Origin: Camelus dromedarius
Lineage: Eukaryota
NCBI RefSeq assembly: GCF_036321535.1
Contig: NC_087462.1
Location: 310,001-374,000 of the forward strand
DNA: 64,000 nt
Reading direction: 5' to 3'
The stretch's first letter is position 1. Each line of letters starts with the position of its first letter. This document shows, one piece after another, positions 39,201 through 52,469 of this stretch. The translations under genes were made by a program, and so were the position numbers. The notes under the pieces are model-generated. The model ran no database searches, was not told where the DNA came from, and saw only the letters and a program-made list of their open reading frames with translations.

Positions 39201-42200
39201 TCTCTGTCATGCCTGTTTCCCTACATGTGAGCAGGAGTGAGGCAGCCCCCGGGGCTTTTAGCGAACATCCAAGGCCAGGGGGCCTTACCTCCTGCACCCT
39301 TCCCAGGTTGGAGAAGGAGATTGAGGAGCTGGAGAACCCCGATGCGCTGCCTGCCACCAAGGAGGGCACAGCAGCCCCGAGCCCAGCCCGCGCCCCGGCC
39401 CCAGCCCCGCCCCCGGCCCAGGAGGACCAGAAGGCAGAGGTGGTGCTGAATTCTCGGCAGGTAAGAGGTGATGGTTCCAGGGGTGCCACCCTGCTGGCCC
39501 CGCCCCAAAGATGTTCCAGCGCCTCCCCGTGGCTGTGGCCGGTGGCTCGAGCAGATGTTAAAGCCTTTGAATCCCAGCCTGGCCACCTCCCTGCCGTGTG
39601 CCCTGTGCACGGTGCTTTGCCTCCCTGGGCCTGTTTCCCCGCCCTCTGGGGGGTGTCACGGAAGTAAGTCAGTCAGTAGATGGCAGCGCTTCACTGGTAG
39701 AGAGTTTTCCCCAAATACCACCTGCTTCTTGTCATCCTTATGTTCCTCGAGCACAACAGGTGTCACCTGTCTAATCCTCAGGATGGCCTGCTTAGGTGGG
39801 AGCAGTGTTCCCATTTGGTGGAAGACAAAAACTGAGGCCCAGAGAGGTTGAGAGACTGTCTTAAGGCCACACAGCTGAAGAACGGTCTTTCTTGGGCTCA
39901 GCCATGGATTCTGGGGTCTGGCGTCTGTACCAGGCTCTGTTGAAACCGGACCCTAGAACTCTAGACCCAGAGCACATGTCCGCCACAGCATGTTAACACA
40001 AATTCTGGAGGCTCCCAACCCCCTTTGTTGTCTTTGGGACTCAGAGGGCCTGGGGGACCCACTTCCTCTCCCCTCACCCATCCTCGCTGTCCCAACCCTG
40101 GAGGGGCTTCAGCCAGGAGATGCCACCCCATCTCAGGGCAGGGCCACGGAAGCCAGCGTCCCTGTTTCTGTCCTGGTCCATCACCAACTGCTGTTTGAGG
40201 GCCTTGTTCTGGAGCCTGCAGACTGGCCCTCATTTCTTGTGTCGGCTTGGTTGTGGCAGACCAGGAGGACACAGACCCGGGCCCTGGCCTTCTTGGGCTG
40301 TGGTTATGCAGGCAGATGCAGATGTATCAGGCCACGCCAACACAGGAAGGCAGTTGGACCTATTGTGGGGGAGCACAGGGCACTGTAGAGTTCCCAGTGA
40401 GGTGTCTGATTCATGGGAGGACTGGGCGCCCTTCCCAGAGAAGGTTTTGAAGGCTGAGCAGGAGTTTTCTAGTCAGGGACTCGAGGTGAGAGGGGGTTTC
40501 CAGTGAGGGTGATTGAGCACAGACTGGCTGGCATGGTCTTTTCCTTCGTGATGCGTGCCTCCTGTGAGGAGACAGATACTGACAGGGCGAGTACCATGGT
40601 CACCTGGGGGACAGCCACGGGATGGGGGGCGGGGAGCCACCTTTTGATTGGGATTGGGTGGTCAGGGAGCTGAGCAAGGAGCTGGCCAAGCAGAAATCCA
40701 GGAAGGGCCTTCCAAGTGGAAGGACATTGCACACAAAGGCCCTGGGACAGCAAGGAGGCCAGAGAGGCCAGAGGTGGGAGGCAGAGGGAGAGGCCAGTGG
40801 GCAGGGCTCTGCTGACCCAGGGCCTGGGGGTCACCAGGAAGGGTTGGACTTTGTTTCTGGAAATACTGGGAGCCGCAGGGACTTTTCTGGCTGTCACAGG
40901 CTAGAGCAGGGTTGAGGGTAGGTCCAGGAGGAGACGGCACCTGTGATGGGGTCACCGCTGAGCCAGGCCCTCCCCAGGCTCCTGCCCCCCGTGGAGGGGA
41001 CCCTGGTGAGCGGGAGGGGGCCCTCCGCCACTCCTGACCCCTCTGCCTTCTTTCTTGCAGACACCGGTGGGCACGCCCAAAGGTATGTCGTCTGGAAGGG
41101 GCGGCCGGGCCCTAGCGCCCTCTGGTGGCCAGGGAAGGGGTGGCAGGCCAGGGGGTGCCTTCAAGGTGTTACTGTTGCTGATTAAGTAAAACAGTAGCAC
41201 AGTGGTTCTGGCTGTCCTTGTCCTCAGCAGCTTTGAGCCTGGCCCAGTGCCCAACATGGTCATTTAACGTAATTTTCACAACATCCCTGGGCTGGAGTTT
41301 CTGCAGCACCCGTTACAGATGAGGGCTCAGCCTCGACCTGAGGCTCTGGGTCCAGGTGGGGTGCCCCCACCCCCGCCCCAGGGAGCCACACCCACCTGCT
41401 CTGAGCTCCTGGGCAGGTGGGTGGGCCTCGGTTTTCACATCTGTAAGATGGGGCCTGTGGGGGGTGAGAAATCACAGTCCTGGCTGTCCGGGAGACCCTG
41501 CCCCATTTAAAAGGACAAAGGTCTCACACACACAGACGTGGAAGACCACCATCCAGGAAACAAAGAAAAAAGCTCAAAGTTTGAACTCTGGGACCCATTT
41601 TATGCCCCTCATAAGTTTATTGCAGGTATATAAATATACACATTTGCAAGTATTTCCCATGGATACGTGACATTTAAATATATACATTTAGTCATAAGTT
41701 TATTAAATGTAATACTAAGTTATTAAGTATGTAAAATTCTACAGCATAAACTATATATTAAAATATATACTAAACATGTCTATTTCTGTGTCTAAAGCAT
41801 GGAAGGGGAGCCACCAGCCAGGATTGGAGGTGGCAGCCAGAGCGCCTTGGGCCTGATTTGTCATGTGTTAATTATTCACAAGAAGAGAGTGTCTGCTTGT
41901 CTTACTGTGGAATTAAAAATTAATAATTAAGAAAAAATCCATGCAGGCCTCTCAGGGATCTTGTGAAAACCATTTGGACCAAGAGATGTACAATGAATGG
42001 GCTGTGGGGCTGGAGTGTGTTTTCTTTTTAGGGAGGGAGTCTGTGTGTGTCTGGGGGTTCTGGGCATGCGCACCTGTGTGGAGGGTCTGGGTGTATGCAT
42101 GTTTAGGGGGAGGGGCCAGGTATCTGGGCAGGTGTGTGGGAGGGTTATCTGGGTGCCTGGGAGTCATTTACACATGTCTGGGAGTGTCCAGGAGTCTGGG

Positions 42201-45200
42201 GGTAGGGGAGACTGTGTGATCTCTCCTCTGACCTCTGTCTTTCCATCCTTTGCCCCCGAGCAGAGAAGAGAATCTCCAACACCCCCATGAGGATGGTCGA
42301 AGGCTCCACCATGATGAAGGCAGGTGGGTTGGCCCTGGGGCTCAGACCTGTGTCCAGCCACCATCCTAGGCCGAGTGGCAGCCCTGGGGGGCCTGGCAGG
42401 CCAGGGTGAGGTCGGGTGCAGCAGCACTTGGTGAGCGCTGTGGTTATGGGGGCTGCGGCTAGACCAAGGCCACAGCTCTGAGCCTGGGCAGGGCCTGGGT
42501 GCCCCCTCAGCTTTGGCACCTCCGTCACAAGCTGGCCCAGCTTCCCCGAGAAGATGGGCCCCCTCGCATGGCGGCTCTGACCTGACACCCCTCATGGCTT
42601 CCATCCCCTTAACCTCGTCGCTCGCTCCTGGGCTCGGTGGGAGCGGCACACGCTCACACACGCCTGCACTCGCTCCCTGCAAACCCCTCCTTCACCACCC
42701 TCGGGCTGCCTTTGGGGAGGGAGGGAGTGCCCGTCCCTGGGGGTTACCAAGCAGGGAAGAGTTAGGGTTAGCACTCAGAGTTCTACAAGGTCAGGGTTCA
42801 AATCCCTGCTTGATCACATAATCTGGAGGGGTGGGATTGCAGAGCCGTCTTGCCCAGGGCCCAGCACAGACCCCAGTCTGAGTGACAAGTCACAACAAAC
42901 AGCAGAGCCTTGTTGCTGCCGCCGTTCTTACTAGACTAAGTTTGGAGGCATGAAACCCGGGAGGAGAGTGAAGACCAGGATGTGACCGCATGTGGGGAGG
43001 GAGAGGAAGCCCAGGGTGAGGAAGAGGGTGCAGGGGTGTTGCCCCAAGAGGAGGGAGGTGGAGGGTAGCATTTCCCAGAGAAGGAGGGGCACCTGCAAGG
43101 CGTCAGTGCCTGTTTGAGTAGCCCTGGCCAGCACTGAGTCAGATGCCCTCACCTGTCCCTTCAGCCAGGGACCTCGTGCAGTACACAACCTGCCTAACTG
43201 TACGTCTGACAGTGGGGTCTTAGGCTGTGTAGAGACGTGGTTTTAAATAACAGTCACTCGCTCATTCACTTAGCAGATGCTTGTTGAGCACCTGCTGTGT
43301 GCCCAGCATGAGGGGTGCAGCCTGAGCAAACCCATGTTCTGATGGGACGACAACCTGTACGGTTTCCTTATGGAGAAGAGAAGGGAGAGCACGGTGGAGG
43401 GGTGGGGAACCTAACTTAGGAGGTGACATTTGAGCAAGGACCCAAAGGAAGTGAGGGAGCAAGGCATGCAGACATCTGGGGCGAGGGCACACCAGGCGGG
43501 GGGTACCACCAGTGCCAAGGCGGAGTCGGGACTGTCTGTCAGGTGGGAGGAACCGCGGGGAATTTGGGGGGGAATAAGTGATGGGGAGAGAGGAAGGCAG
43601 TGAGGACGAGGAGGTGACCGGGTGGGTCAGGCCACGCAGGGCCCGGAGGTGCGGGAGACTCGGACAGGGTCGCGGGAGCCCTGGAGGCCGGTGGGCCGAG
43701 CAAGGACGCGCCCCGTCGGTGCTCACCGGCGCCCTCTGGTGGCGATAGGGAGAACAGGCTGTGGGCAGGGCTGGGAGACCGGGTCAGAGGGGACCGCCTG
43801 TCCCGGAGGGGCGGGGTGGGGGGAAGGGATGGTGAGAAGGTGGGGAGGAATAGTGCGGGCAAGCGCTTCCCCCCACCAGCAGGGACTGCAGAGGGACGAG
43901 CGGTGAGTGGTCGGGTCTGGGTGTCGTGAAGGCAGCGCCCACAGGGTTTGCAGATGGACAGCGGAGGGGCTGGGGGTGGGGGCGGTGAGACAGGAGGGAG
44001 AACGGACACGTCTGTGAGAATGCGCCGGTCAGGGGGGCTCTTGGGCGTGGTGGTGGAGGGGGAGGGGTGGGAGCTGGGGGCCAGGGGCTCACTGCTAGGC
44101 CCCGTGTGGTGTTCGTGGTGACGATTTCTGCAGAGCGAGGGCAAATGCTGGAGGTTGATCTCTGGCCCTAGCTGATAAGGACCTCATTCAGTTCAGGAGG
44201 GAATCATCCCGTCTTCCCCGTGGAGTGGTCGACTTAGACGTGCAGCGCAGAGCGCGAGCGGGCGGGCAGGCCCGGATGCTGGGCGCACAGGCTTGAGACT
44301 CGTGTTCAAATCATGGCTGGAGTGGGCAAGGCATGCCTCTCCAACTGACTGGACTCTAAGGCTTTGCAGACCGAGTGGGGCTGCCAGGGGGCCTCGGAGG
44401 CCGAGCAGAGCGATTCAGACCCCACGCCCGCGGCACTCGGGAGCCATGGACGGGCGCTGAGCTGGGGAGGGCCGCATTGAGGGCACCCGCTGCTTGGCTC
44501 TGCGCTGCCGGCTCCCCTCCCTGGCTTGGCTGCACCCCGGTGGGGGGCACGTGGGCAGGTGGGCCGCAGCGTAACCGGTGCCTCTCGTGCCAGCCATGTA
44601 CTCGGTGGAGATCACGGTGGAGAAGGACAAGGTGACCGGGGAGACGCGGGTGCTGTCCAGCGCCACTGTGCTCCCCCGGGAGCGCCTCCCTCAGGGCGTC
44701 AAGGTCTACGAGGACGAGACCAAAGGTACGCGCCCCTCTCCCGCCTGGCCAGCGCGGACCCACGCTGGTTTGATGGGGCACCGTCCAGGGCCGGGTCTCA
44801 TCCCACAGCCCACGGACCTGCGGCCCAGCCTCCCTCCATCTGGGAAACTACCTAGGGGCCTGGCCAGCGCCAGCTGGGCTGCAGGGGCAAATCCTGAGCC
44901 AGAGGCACTCAGTCCTGGGAACTTCCCAGCCAGCCAGCCCTTCAATCCCAACCTCACAGATTACTCATTTAAATAATTACTGTTGTGATAAAGACTCCAA
45001 AAAAAAAAAAAACAAAAACACCCAGAGATGCAGAGAGGGCCAAGACAGGATCCAGCAGGGCAGGGAGGGGACAGGGAAGGCTCCACAGAGGAGGGGAACA
45101 GATACACAGTGGGTGTGGGTACCAGCAAACCTGGGTGAGGACAGCACATGCAAAGGCCCTGAGGTGGGATAGAGTTTGCTGGGCTTCGGGAGGGGGTGGC

Positions 45201-48200
45201 GAGAAGAGCCCTTGGGGCTGATGCAGAGTGGTGGGGTGGGGACAGAGGCCTTGACAAGGGTGGCAAGGGCCTTGGTGCTGAGGTCTAATCTGGTTTTTAG
45301 AGTCCCCTCTTCCAGTGAGGAGACACATGCACAAGGAAGGTGGAGACGGGAGGAGAGGGCAGCCCTGGGGAGAAGTTCCAAAGTGCCTGCCTCTCTCCCC
45401 GCTTCCTCTCTCTGTCTCTCTCAATGTAATTCACGTAAGGTAAAATCCACTTTTTTAAACTAAGGAAAACTTTCCTTTAAACCGTGCAGTCCATCAGTAT
45501 TTAGATGGTCTCATAAACATTGTGGCATTTAAACTTTTGTTTATTTCTGGCATGGCCTGTAGGTTAGTATTCTGTCTATTCTGGGCAATATTCACAGTGA
45601 TGCTAGAAAAAGGAATGAACCCACCTTAGTAAAGACAGTGTGTTAAGAAGACATTAAAAGGACATTTGGAATCAAGGCAAGTATTGGCCGTCTTCAAGAC
45701 ATGGGGTCCCCAGCACTGATCCCCTGAGTCAGGTGTAAAATTAACACAGCTCAGCTTTAGGGTCCATTAGTGAGTCCAGGAGTGCCACCCTCATGAGAAG
45801 ATGGAAGACGAAGGGAGAAGATGCAGGACCCCCACCCAATTCAGTGGGTTTTGAAATATTCACCATGTTGTACACCCTCACTATCTGGTTCCAGAATATT
45901 TTTCTTCCCCAAGTAGAAACTGCATCCTTTCCCATCCCCATCATGGTAACCTTGAACCCACACTCCATCTCTGTGGACTGGCCTGTTCTGGACGTCTCAC
46001 ATCACTGGACTCACACACTGTGTGCCTTGTGTGTCTGGTTCTCACTGAGCATCGGTCCTCCAGGTCCATCCACATGGTAGCCAGTGCCAGTGCTTCTCTC
46101 TTTTTCACGGCTGAGTGAAATTCCCGTGTGAGGATGGACCACATTTTGTTTATCCAGGCATCAGCTGATAGACATTTAGGATGTTTCTACTTTTCGGTTT
46201 TGTGCTATACAGGTTTTTGTGTGGGCGTATGTTTTCATTTCTCTTGGTTAATACCTAGGAGTCGAATTGCTGAGTCATGGTGACTCTATGTTTAACCATT
46301 TGAGGAACTTCTGGGGTGTTTCTGCAGCGGCTGTACCATTTTCCTTTCCCACCAGCCATGCATGAGGGTTTCGATTTCTCCACATCCTCAACAACCCTTG
46401 TTATTGAACATTTAAAAGTTATTATTATTATTATTATTGTCGTCCTGGTGGGGTTGAAGTGATACCTCGTTGTGGTTTTGATTTCCAAAGAGGTTGTTCA
46501 GGCCTCTGGGATGTCCAGAATGCTACTAGAGGGGTCCTGTCACAGCCCAGCCCTGTTGTGGTTTGGGGCTGTCGACCCAGGTGGAATCCTGGCTCCAGCT
46601 CTCACCAGCTATGTGGTTCTGGGCAAGTCCCAACTGCCCCGATGACAGCACAGGGCCAAGGGGCAGAGGATCCCTGTGCTCACAGAATGTCCTCACCTTG
46701 GCCACTGAGCCCAGCCTGGCCTAACCCCTAGGGATTCAGGACCTGACCAGACTGGCCTCTGGTTGCTTAGCAGTGGGAAAGTGATCCGTTTCCATGGCAG
46801 CCAAGGGCTCAGATTCCTACGCTGGGGCAGTGGCCAGTGGGAAATACCTAGCTTGATTCTTTGTGACCCAGGCACAACCACACCTGGGCCTCCAGTTCAA
46901 AGTCACCACAAGGCCTTGAAGCGTGGGCACCCCTCTCCAGGGATATGGAAACTGAGAGTGGAAAGCACTTTCTTTCTGGGCAGAAGCCAGAAGCCGGAGC
47001 CCTGACCCTTGGCCCGGGAGGAGATGAGTCCCTGGGGCACCTGGTGTGTCTCTCCCTCCCTCCCTCCCTCCCTAAGCAACTGGGAAGCAGTGTTTCTAGA
47101 AGGAGTTAGCCAGGCTGTGATCTGGGGCTGGCGTTGGACTGTGGCCGGGACTCCTCCCAGGTGCTGAAGTCCAGTCCTTAGAGACTGCAGTTCAGCTTAG
47201 AAAATGACAACTCAGAGAGACACAGATGACAAAAGCTGGAGAGATTTGGAAAATACTGCTTAACAAGTTTGATTGCATGTATAAAACTCTGCCCAATCGA
47301 GAATGCACATTATTTTCGTAAACACAATGAGAGCATTTTCAGAAAGTGACTATGTCCTGTTATGAAGTTTATATCTTACGTCTGTGTTCCTGGACCACAG
47401 AGCCCCACTCTCCTCAAGTTAGAAACACTCTTCTAAATAAATCTTGACTTAAAGAAGCAATCAATCAAAATATCAAAATGGAAATTATAAACTACACTTG
47501 AAAGACAATGACATACAGTAATCCATGAGCTGCAGCCAAAGCAGAATTCAGAGGAAAAGGTATAGCCTTCAGGATGCTTACTAGAAAACAAAGACTGGGT
47601 GGATGAACCAAAGTTTAACTGAAGGTTATCTACATGAACTCAATGGGGGGAGGGGGTCAGAACCCCTGCAACTCCTTGTCTACATGAACTCAATGGGGGG
47701 GGGTCAGAACCCCTGCAACTCCTTGTCTACATGAACTCAATGGGGGGGGGGTCAGAACCCCTGCAACTCCTTGTCTACATGAACTCAATGGGGGGGGGGG
47801 GGGGTCAGAACCCCTGCAACTCCTTGTCTACATGAACTCAATGGGGGGGGGTCAGAACCCCTGCAACTCCTTGTCTATATGAACTCAATGGGGGGGGGTC
47901 AGAACCCCTGCAACTCCTTGTCTACATGAACTCAATGGGGGGGGTCAGAACCCCTGCAACTCCTTGTCTACATGAACTCAATGGGGGGGGGTCAGAACCC
48001 CTGCAACTCCTTGTCTACATGAACTCAATGGGGGGGGGTCAGAACCCCTGCAACTCCTTGTCTACATGAACTCAATGGGGGGGGTCAGAACCCCTGCAAC
48101 TCCTTGTCTACATGAACTCAATGGGGGGGGTCAGAACCCCTGCAACTCCTTGTCTATATGAACTCAATGGGGGGGGTCAGAACCCCTGCAACTCCTTGTC

Positions 48201-48640
48201 TACATGAACTCAATGGGGGGGGGGTCAGAACCCCTGCAACTCCTCACGCAGGGAAATGTGCGTAGACTGGGAGAAAGAGCAGGGCCCAGCCCAGGCCAGC
48301 TGTGTGACCTTGGGCTAGTTACTTCCCTTCTGTGAACTCCATTGTCACCAACTTTGCAACAGCAAAAAAACAGACCTACTTTGCAGGGCGATCAGGTGGG
48401 TGCCAGTTGGCTGGGGAATATGAAGACGCTTCAAGATGCAAGACAATGAAAAATGAGCTCATTTTTTCCTTCTTGGTTCCTATAAATTCTCCTCTGTGCA
48501 TCAGTTTGTCTGCATCCGCAGATCCCAATAGGAGTTCTAATTGTCGATCAGTTCTAAAGGTTTAATTTAGTTTATGATTTTCCTTTTGCCGAGGGATGGC
48601 TCTCAGCCCTACCAGCCTTTCCCTTCTGTCTGGGAACCAA

Positions 48641-48681
<41 letters not shown>

Positions 48682-49233
48682 TCTTCCCCACCCCGCCTCC
48701 CCCTGCCAGTGGTCCATGCCGTGGATGGCACTGCGGAGAATGGGATCCACCCCCTGAGCTCCTCTGAGGTGGACGAACTCATCCACAAGGCAGACGAGGT
48801 CACGCTGAGCGAAGCGGGGTCCGCGGCAGGGCCAGTGGAGCCCCGGGGACCACCGTCGGAGGAGGCCATCCGGACCACGCCCTCTAGGCGGGAGATCACG
48901 GGAGTTCAGGCCCAGCCGGGAGAGGCCATGCCGGGCATCCAGCCCGGCCAGGAGCCCCCAGTCACCATGATCTTCATGGGTTACCAGAGCGTGGAGGATG
49001 AGGCCGAGACCCAGAAGGTGCTGGGCTTGCAGGACACCGTCACCGCGGAGCTGGTGGTCATCGAAGACGCAGCCGAGCCCAAGGAGCCTGCCCCGCCCAA
49101 CGGCAGTGCGGCCGAGCCCCCCGCCACTGAGGGCTCCAGAGAGGAGAACCAGGTCGGGCCTGAGGCCCCCGCCAGTGACGCCCAGGACCTCGACATGAAG
49201 AAGCAGCGCTGTAAATGCTGCTCCATCATGTGA
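26730..49233 (+). CDS. PALM: Paralemmin-1, 386 aa; join(26730..26734,36954..37005,37406..37486,37680..37810,39307..39460,41061..41082,42264..42323,44594..44725,48710..49233)
   Basis: MEVLVAETTSQQERLQAIAEKRRRQ..., coiled-coil exons, cassette exon 8 (AMYSVEITVEKDK, 132 nt), C-terminal MKKQRCKCCSIM* (palmitoylation plus CaaX). All GT-AG; 1161 nt in frame. Confidence 0.97.
31305..31760 (-). mobile_element. L1MB-type 3' fragment
   Basis: TTTAAAGTATACAATTCAGTAGTTTTCAGTACATTCACAGAGTTGTATAACCATCAC etc. Confidence 0.8.
34292..34325. promoter_or_regulatory. Tandem RFX X-box motifs in PALM intron 1
   Basis: GTTGCCGTGGAGAT (34292-34305) and GTTACCAGGGCAAC (34312-34325) within a CpG-rich patch. Confidence 0.55.
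41115..41131 (-). promoter_or_regulatory. CTCF motif, PALM intron 6
   Basis: GCGCCCTCTGGTGGCCA, near-consensus reverse CTCF core. Confidence 0.65.
43729..43745 (-). promoter_or_regulatory. CTCF motif, PALM intron 7
   Basis: GCGCCCTCTGGTGGCGA in a CpG-rich patch. Confidence 0.6.
45835..46490 (-). mobile_element. L1MB-type 3' fragment
   Basis: TTCAGTGGGTTTTGAAATATTCACCATGTTGTAC..ATACCTAGGAGTCGAATTGCTGAGTCATGGTGACTCTATGTTTAAC..GTGATACCTCGTTGTGGTTTTGATTT. Confidence 0.85.
47240..47625 (+). mobile_element. Degenerate L1 ORF2-region fragment
   Basis: A-rich; CCATGAGCTGCAGCCAAAGCAGAATTCAGAGGAAAAGGTATAGCC resembles L1 ORF2 just after the endonuclease domain. No open frame. Confidence 0.6.
47629..48244. 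repeat. Minisatellite, 13 copies of a 46-53-bp unit
   Basis: Unit TCTACATGAACTCAAT-G(8-15)-TCAGAACCCCTGCAACTCCTTG, counted by hand. Confidence 0.97.
48646..48678. repeat. (TC)16 microsatellite near the PALM exon-9 acceptor
   Basis: Direct reading. Confidence 0.95.
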
Positions 49234-50762
49234 ACCGCCCGGCCCCCCAGACCCCGGCCCTGCCTCTGCACCGGACACCCACAGCCTGGCCCTCACAGCG
49301 CCCGCCCGCCCTCCACCCGCAGTCATGGGCCCAGGACGCGCTGTGTCGTCACGTGTTCCTCCTGAGTTGTCTTTCACTGGAAAGAGAGGGTCAGGGGTCC
49401 CCCGTCCCGTCACCACACCCCACACCCCTAAACCACTGAGCCGTGCACCCATGCCTGGTAGGAGAAACACGGACGTTCCCGCTTCTCCCTGCACGAGGGC
49501 GCCTCACGTGGCGGCAGCTCCACAAGGTGGCTCTAACCCACAGCGGTCCTGGCCGATGTGACCCGCGGCCTCCACACAGCCCCAGGCCAAGCTGCCACCT
49601 CTGGGCCTCCTGCCTGTGCCTTCCTGCCACCTCCAATGAGGTCCCTGAGGGGACACCCTGCCAGAGAGGGACCTGGGGAGCCAGGGGTTCCGGGGGACTG
49701 CTCTGTCCCCACTCAGCCTCTGAAAGTGGAGGCCGAGGCACTGGGTCTGGATCTTGGGCAGTCGGGGTGAGGCTGTGCCTCTCTAGGGAGACCAGGCTCG
49801 AAGTCTTAGAATGGAGCACGGGCCCCTCGGGACACCCCCAGCCTCATGTGCCCCTCCCCCCACACACTCTTTGGCGCAGCCAGCAGATGATGGAACCTGG
49901 GAAGGGGAGCCCTGGGGATACGCCTCCCATTTGGGAAGGGTGTGACCCCTGTGTCGTCTTCTGGCCAGGCCAGGCCAGGGGTCTTTGAGCTGCCTCCTGT
50001 ACAAGGCAGGGCCACGTGAGCCCTTTCTTGTCCTGAGCTCCCATCCCCACTGGGCCCTCCTTCCTCCTGGTGCTAATTTGGGGACCTTGGGGGGGCTGCC
50101 CCCGGCCCCTTCTCCAGCCTGCCTGGACCAGGATCCTGGGTCTCCCCAACCATAGCCCAGAGATCAGGCCCACCGCCAGCTCTGCTGGGCTTGGCGCATT
50201 CTGGGCAGTGGAGGGGGACTTAGCCCAGGGCAGGGAGCATCCCCTGGTTTGCAGCTGGAGACCGCCATTTGCTGCCCAGCCTGATGTGCGCCTGCCCCCC
50301 TCACTGGAAGGGGTGAGGGGCAAGGGGCTCCCCTCCTGGGAGCAGCTGACACCCAGAGATGTACACACATCTCCCTGGTTGCAGCCACACTCGTCCCCAG
50401 AGGCACATTCATGCACGTGCTCACAGCCCCTCTCGTGTGGGCTGTGGACAAACAGGCCCCATCACAGCCCCTCCCCCAGGAGACTGCAGCCCGGTGCCCA
50501 GGGCACAGGCTGCTCCTGCCTCAGGAGGGTGGGTGCAGGGGCTGCCCTGGACCACAGCCTGGGTCCCCATCTCAGCTCTGCCCCTGGTGGCTGGGAGGAG
50601 AGACCCTCTCTGAGGCGACCCTGGGCAGTGGCCGTGGAATACCCCCCCTACTCGAGTCCACCCGAGTCCTCGAGCTGTGAGCCTCCGCTGAAGTGCCCTT
50701 GCCACCCCTCTGCTTTCGATGTGTGATGAGGCCCCGATGTTCTTGACTTTCCCAGAGAAGCA

Positions 50763-50768
50763 AATAAA
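50763..50768 (+). terminator. PALM polyadenylation signal
   Basis: AATAAA about 1.5 kb after the stop, in context GCAAATAAACAGTG. Confidence 0.75.
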
Positions 50769-52469
50769 CAGTGTGAACAGCCCCAGGACCTGGAGTTCTT
50801 GGGTTTCACCTGGGTGGGGAGGGCGTGGCCAGGCCGGGGGTGGGGCCCTGCCAGGGCGGTCTAGCCTTAAAAGGAGGCTCACGGAACCCAGGGGAGCTGG
50901 TTTCTCTTCTGCAGCCTGTACATCCCTAAGGCTCACCCCAGGGCGGTGTGTGGGGTGTTGGCGGAGTCCCCACCTGCACCTGTGCGCATCCAAGCAGCAC
51001 CTGGGCAGGTAAGGCCTGGAGGTATGGGGGCAGCTGCCTGTGGCAGGACTTCCTTTCTGTTTCTCGTGGAGCCCTTGGGTCCTGCACCTGGCCCACCCCA
51101 TCCTGTGGCTGGGGCTGCCCCTTGCTGAGCTCACATTCCCCTGGGGGGAACGGAAGAGGCCCCACATACACCCTCAAGCTCTGCAGAGAAACTAGTCCCT
51201 GGGAAACAGGTGGGGACATGGGGAGGAAGCATTTCTGGGGGCTGTGTCTGTCTCACTGTGTGATCTGGGAGGAGTCGCTGCCCTCTGAATCTCAGTTTGC
51301 CCATTTGTATGGTGGGCTGTATGAACCCTGGGGGGGAAGCCACCCCAGTCTGGGAGCAGGAGATTGAATCCTCACCTCCACAGGGCCCCCAGCATGCTGG
51401 GTGACCCAGTCTCTGCCCTTTGGGGTCTCCCCGATCTCCATATGTGCAGGAAGGTGGTGAGTGGGGTGCAGGTCCAAATACCAACCCCGCTGCTGACACT
51501 CTGTCCTTTGGTGAGACTTGGAGATTTCTGTGCCTCAGTTTCCTTATCTGCAAAACAAGGATATGGGGGCCTTGGGGGTGCTGGGATGGAAAGTGCAGCA
51601 GTGTGCCCCAGGTTTTCACAGACTCGGCACATACCATACACAAGTTGGAATTCTGGATTAGGCCCTTTTTCCAAACCTGTCCTAAAATCACCCCACCTTG
51701 GGCAGCCCTGCCAGATTGGGAGCTGGGGGCCCATTTGATGGAAGAAGAGACTGAGGTTCGCAGTGGCCTCAGAGTCAGCCAAGGGGCAGGTTGGGACAGA
51801 GCCCCAGCCAGAGGGACAGACTATATCCCCTTCCCCATAGACTGACTGCTATGCCTAGTGGCCCAACTCCCCCAGAGACATTGGGCTCCCAGGGGTCCGG
51901 CAGGTCCTCTGCGCTGTGACCGAGACTCAGACAGGACAGCTGAGTGCCTGGGAGGACTGACCTAGCATCTTGAGCCTCAGTGCCTCCATCTGCCATTGGG
52001 GCCTCAGCCTCACCCATCCCAGATTTTGGTGTCCTCATCTGATCCTGTATGTGGAAGTGGGCTGACGTCCCCATTTCACTGAGGAGGAAACAGAGGCTCA
52101 GAGCGGTTAAGTGAGACTTGAACCTGGGACCAGCTGAACCCCTCAGAGGCTAGGAAGCCAGGCTTGTCCCAAAAAGGGGCTCTCTGGGGAAGTGGCCCCA
52201 AAGGGTGGGCTGCGCCAGGTGGTGGTTTGGTACTTAAACCCCCTCTGAGAAACAGCCTCTGGATCGTGGACCTGCTGTGTGTGACCCTGGGCAACGGACA
52301 GCCCCTCTCTGAGCAGTGCTGAGAGGTCGCTGGAGGGCCAGACAGCAGCTGGAGGGTTTCAGTGGGGGTTGCAGCTCCAGCTGTGTGGGCTGGGGGCCTG
52401 GGGACTGAGGGGCAGTGCCCAGTGGGCGTGGTGTCCGCCCTCCGCTCTACTGGTGTCACCTTTCTCCTC

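Noticed and set aside
47629-48244. CRISPR-like array (regular repeats with variable intervals)
   Set aside because: The only variable part is a poly-G run. There are no unique spacers and no cas genes, and the context is a mammalian intron; it is a minisatellite.
48562-49494. 310-aa antisense ORF
   Set aside because: Shadow frame of PALM exon 9.
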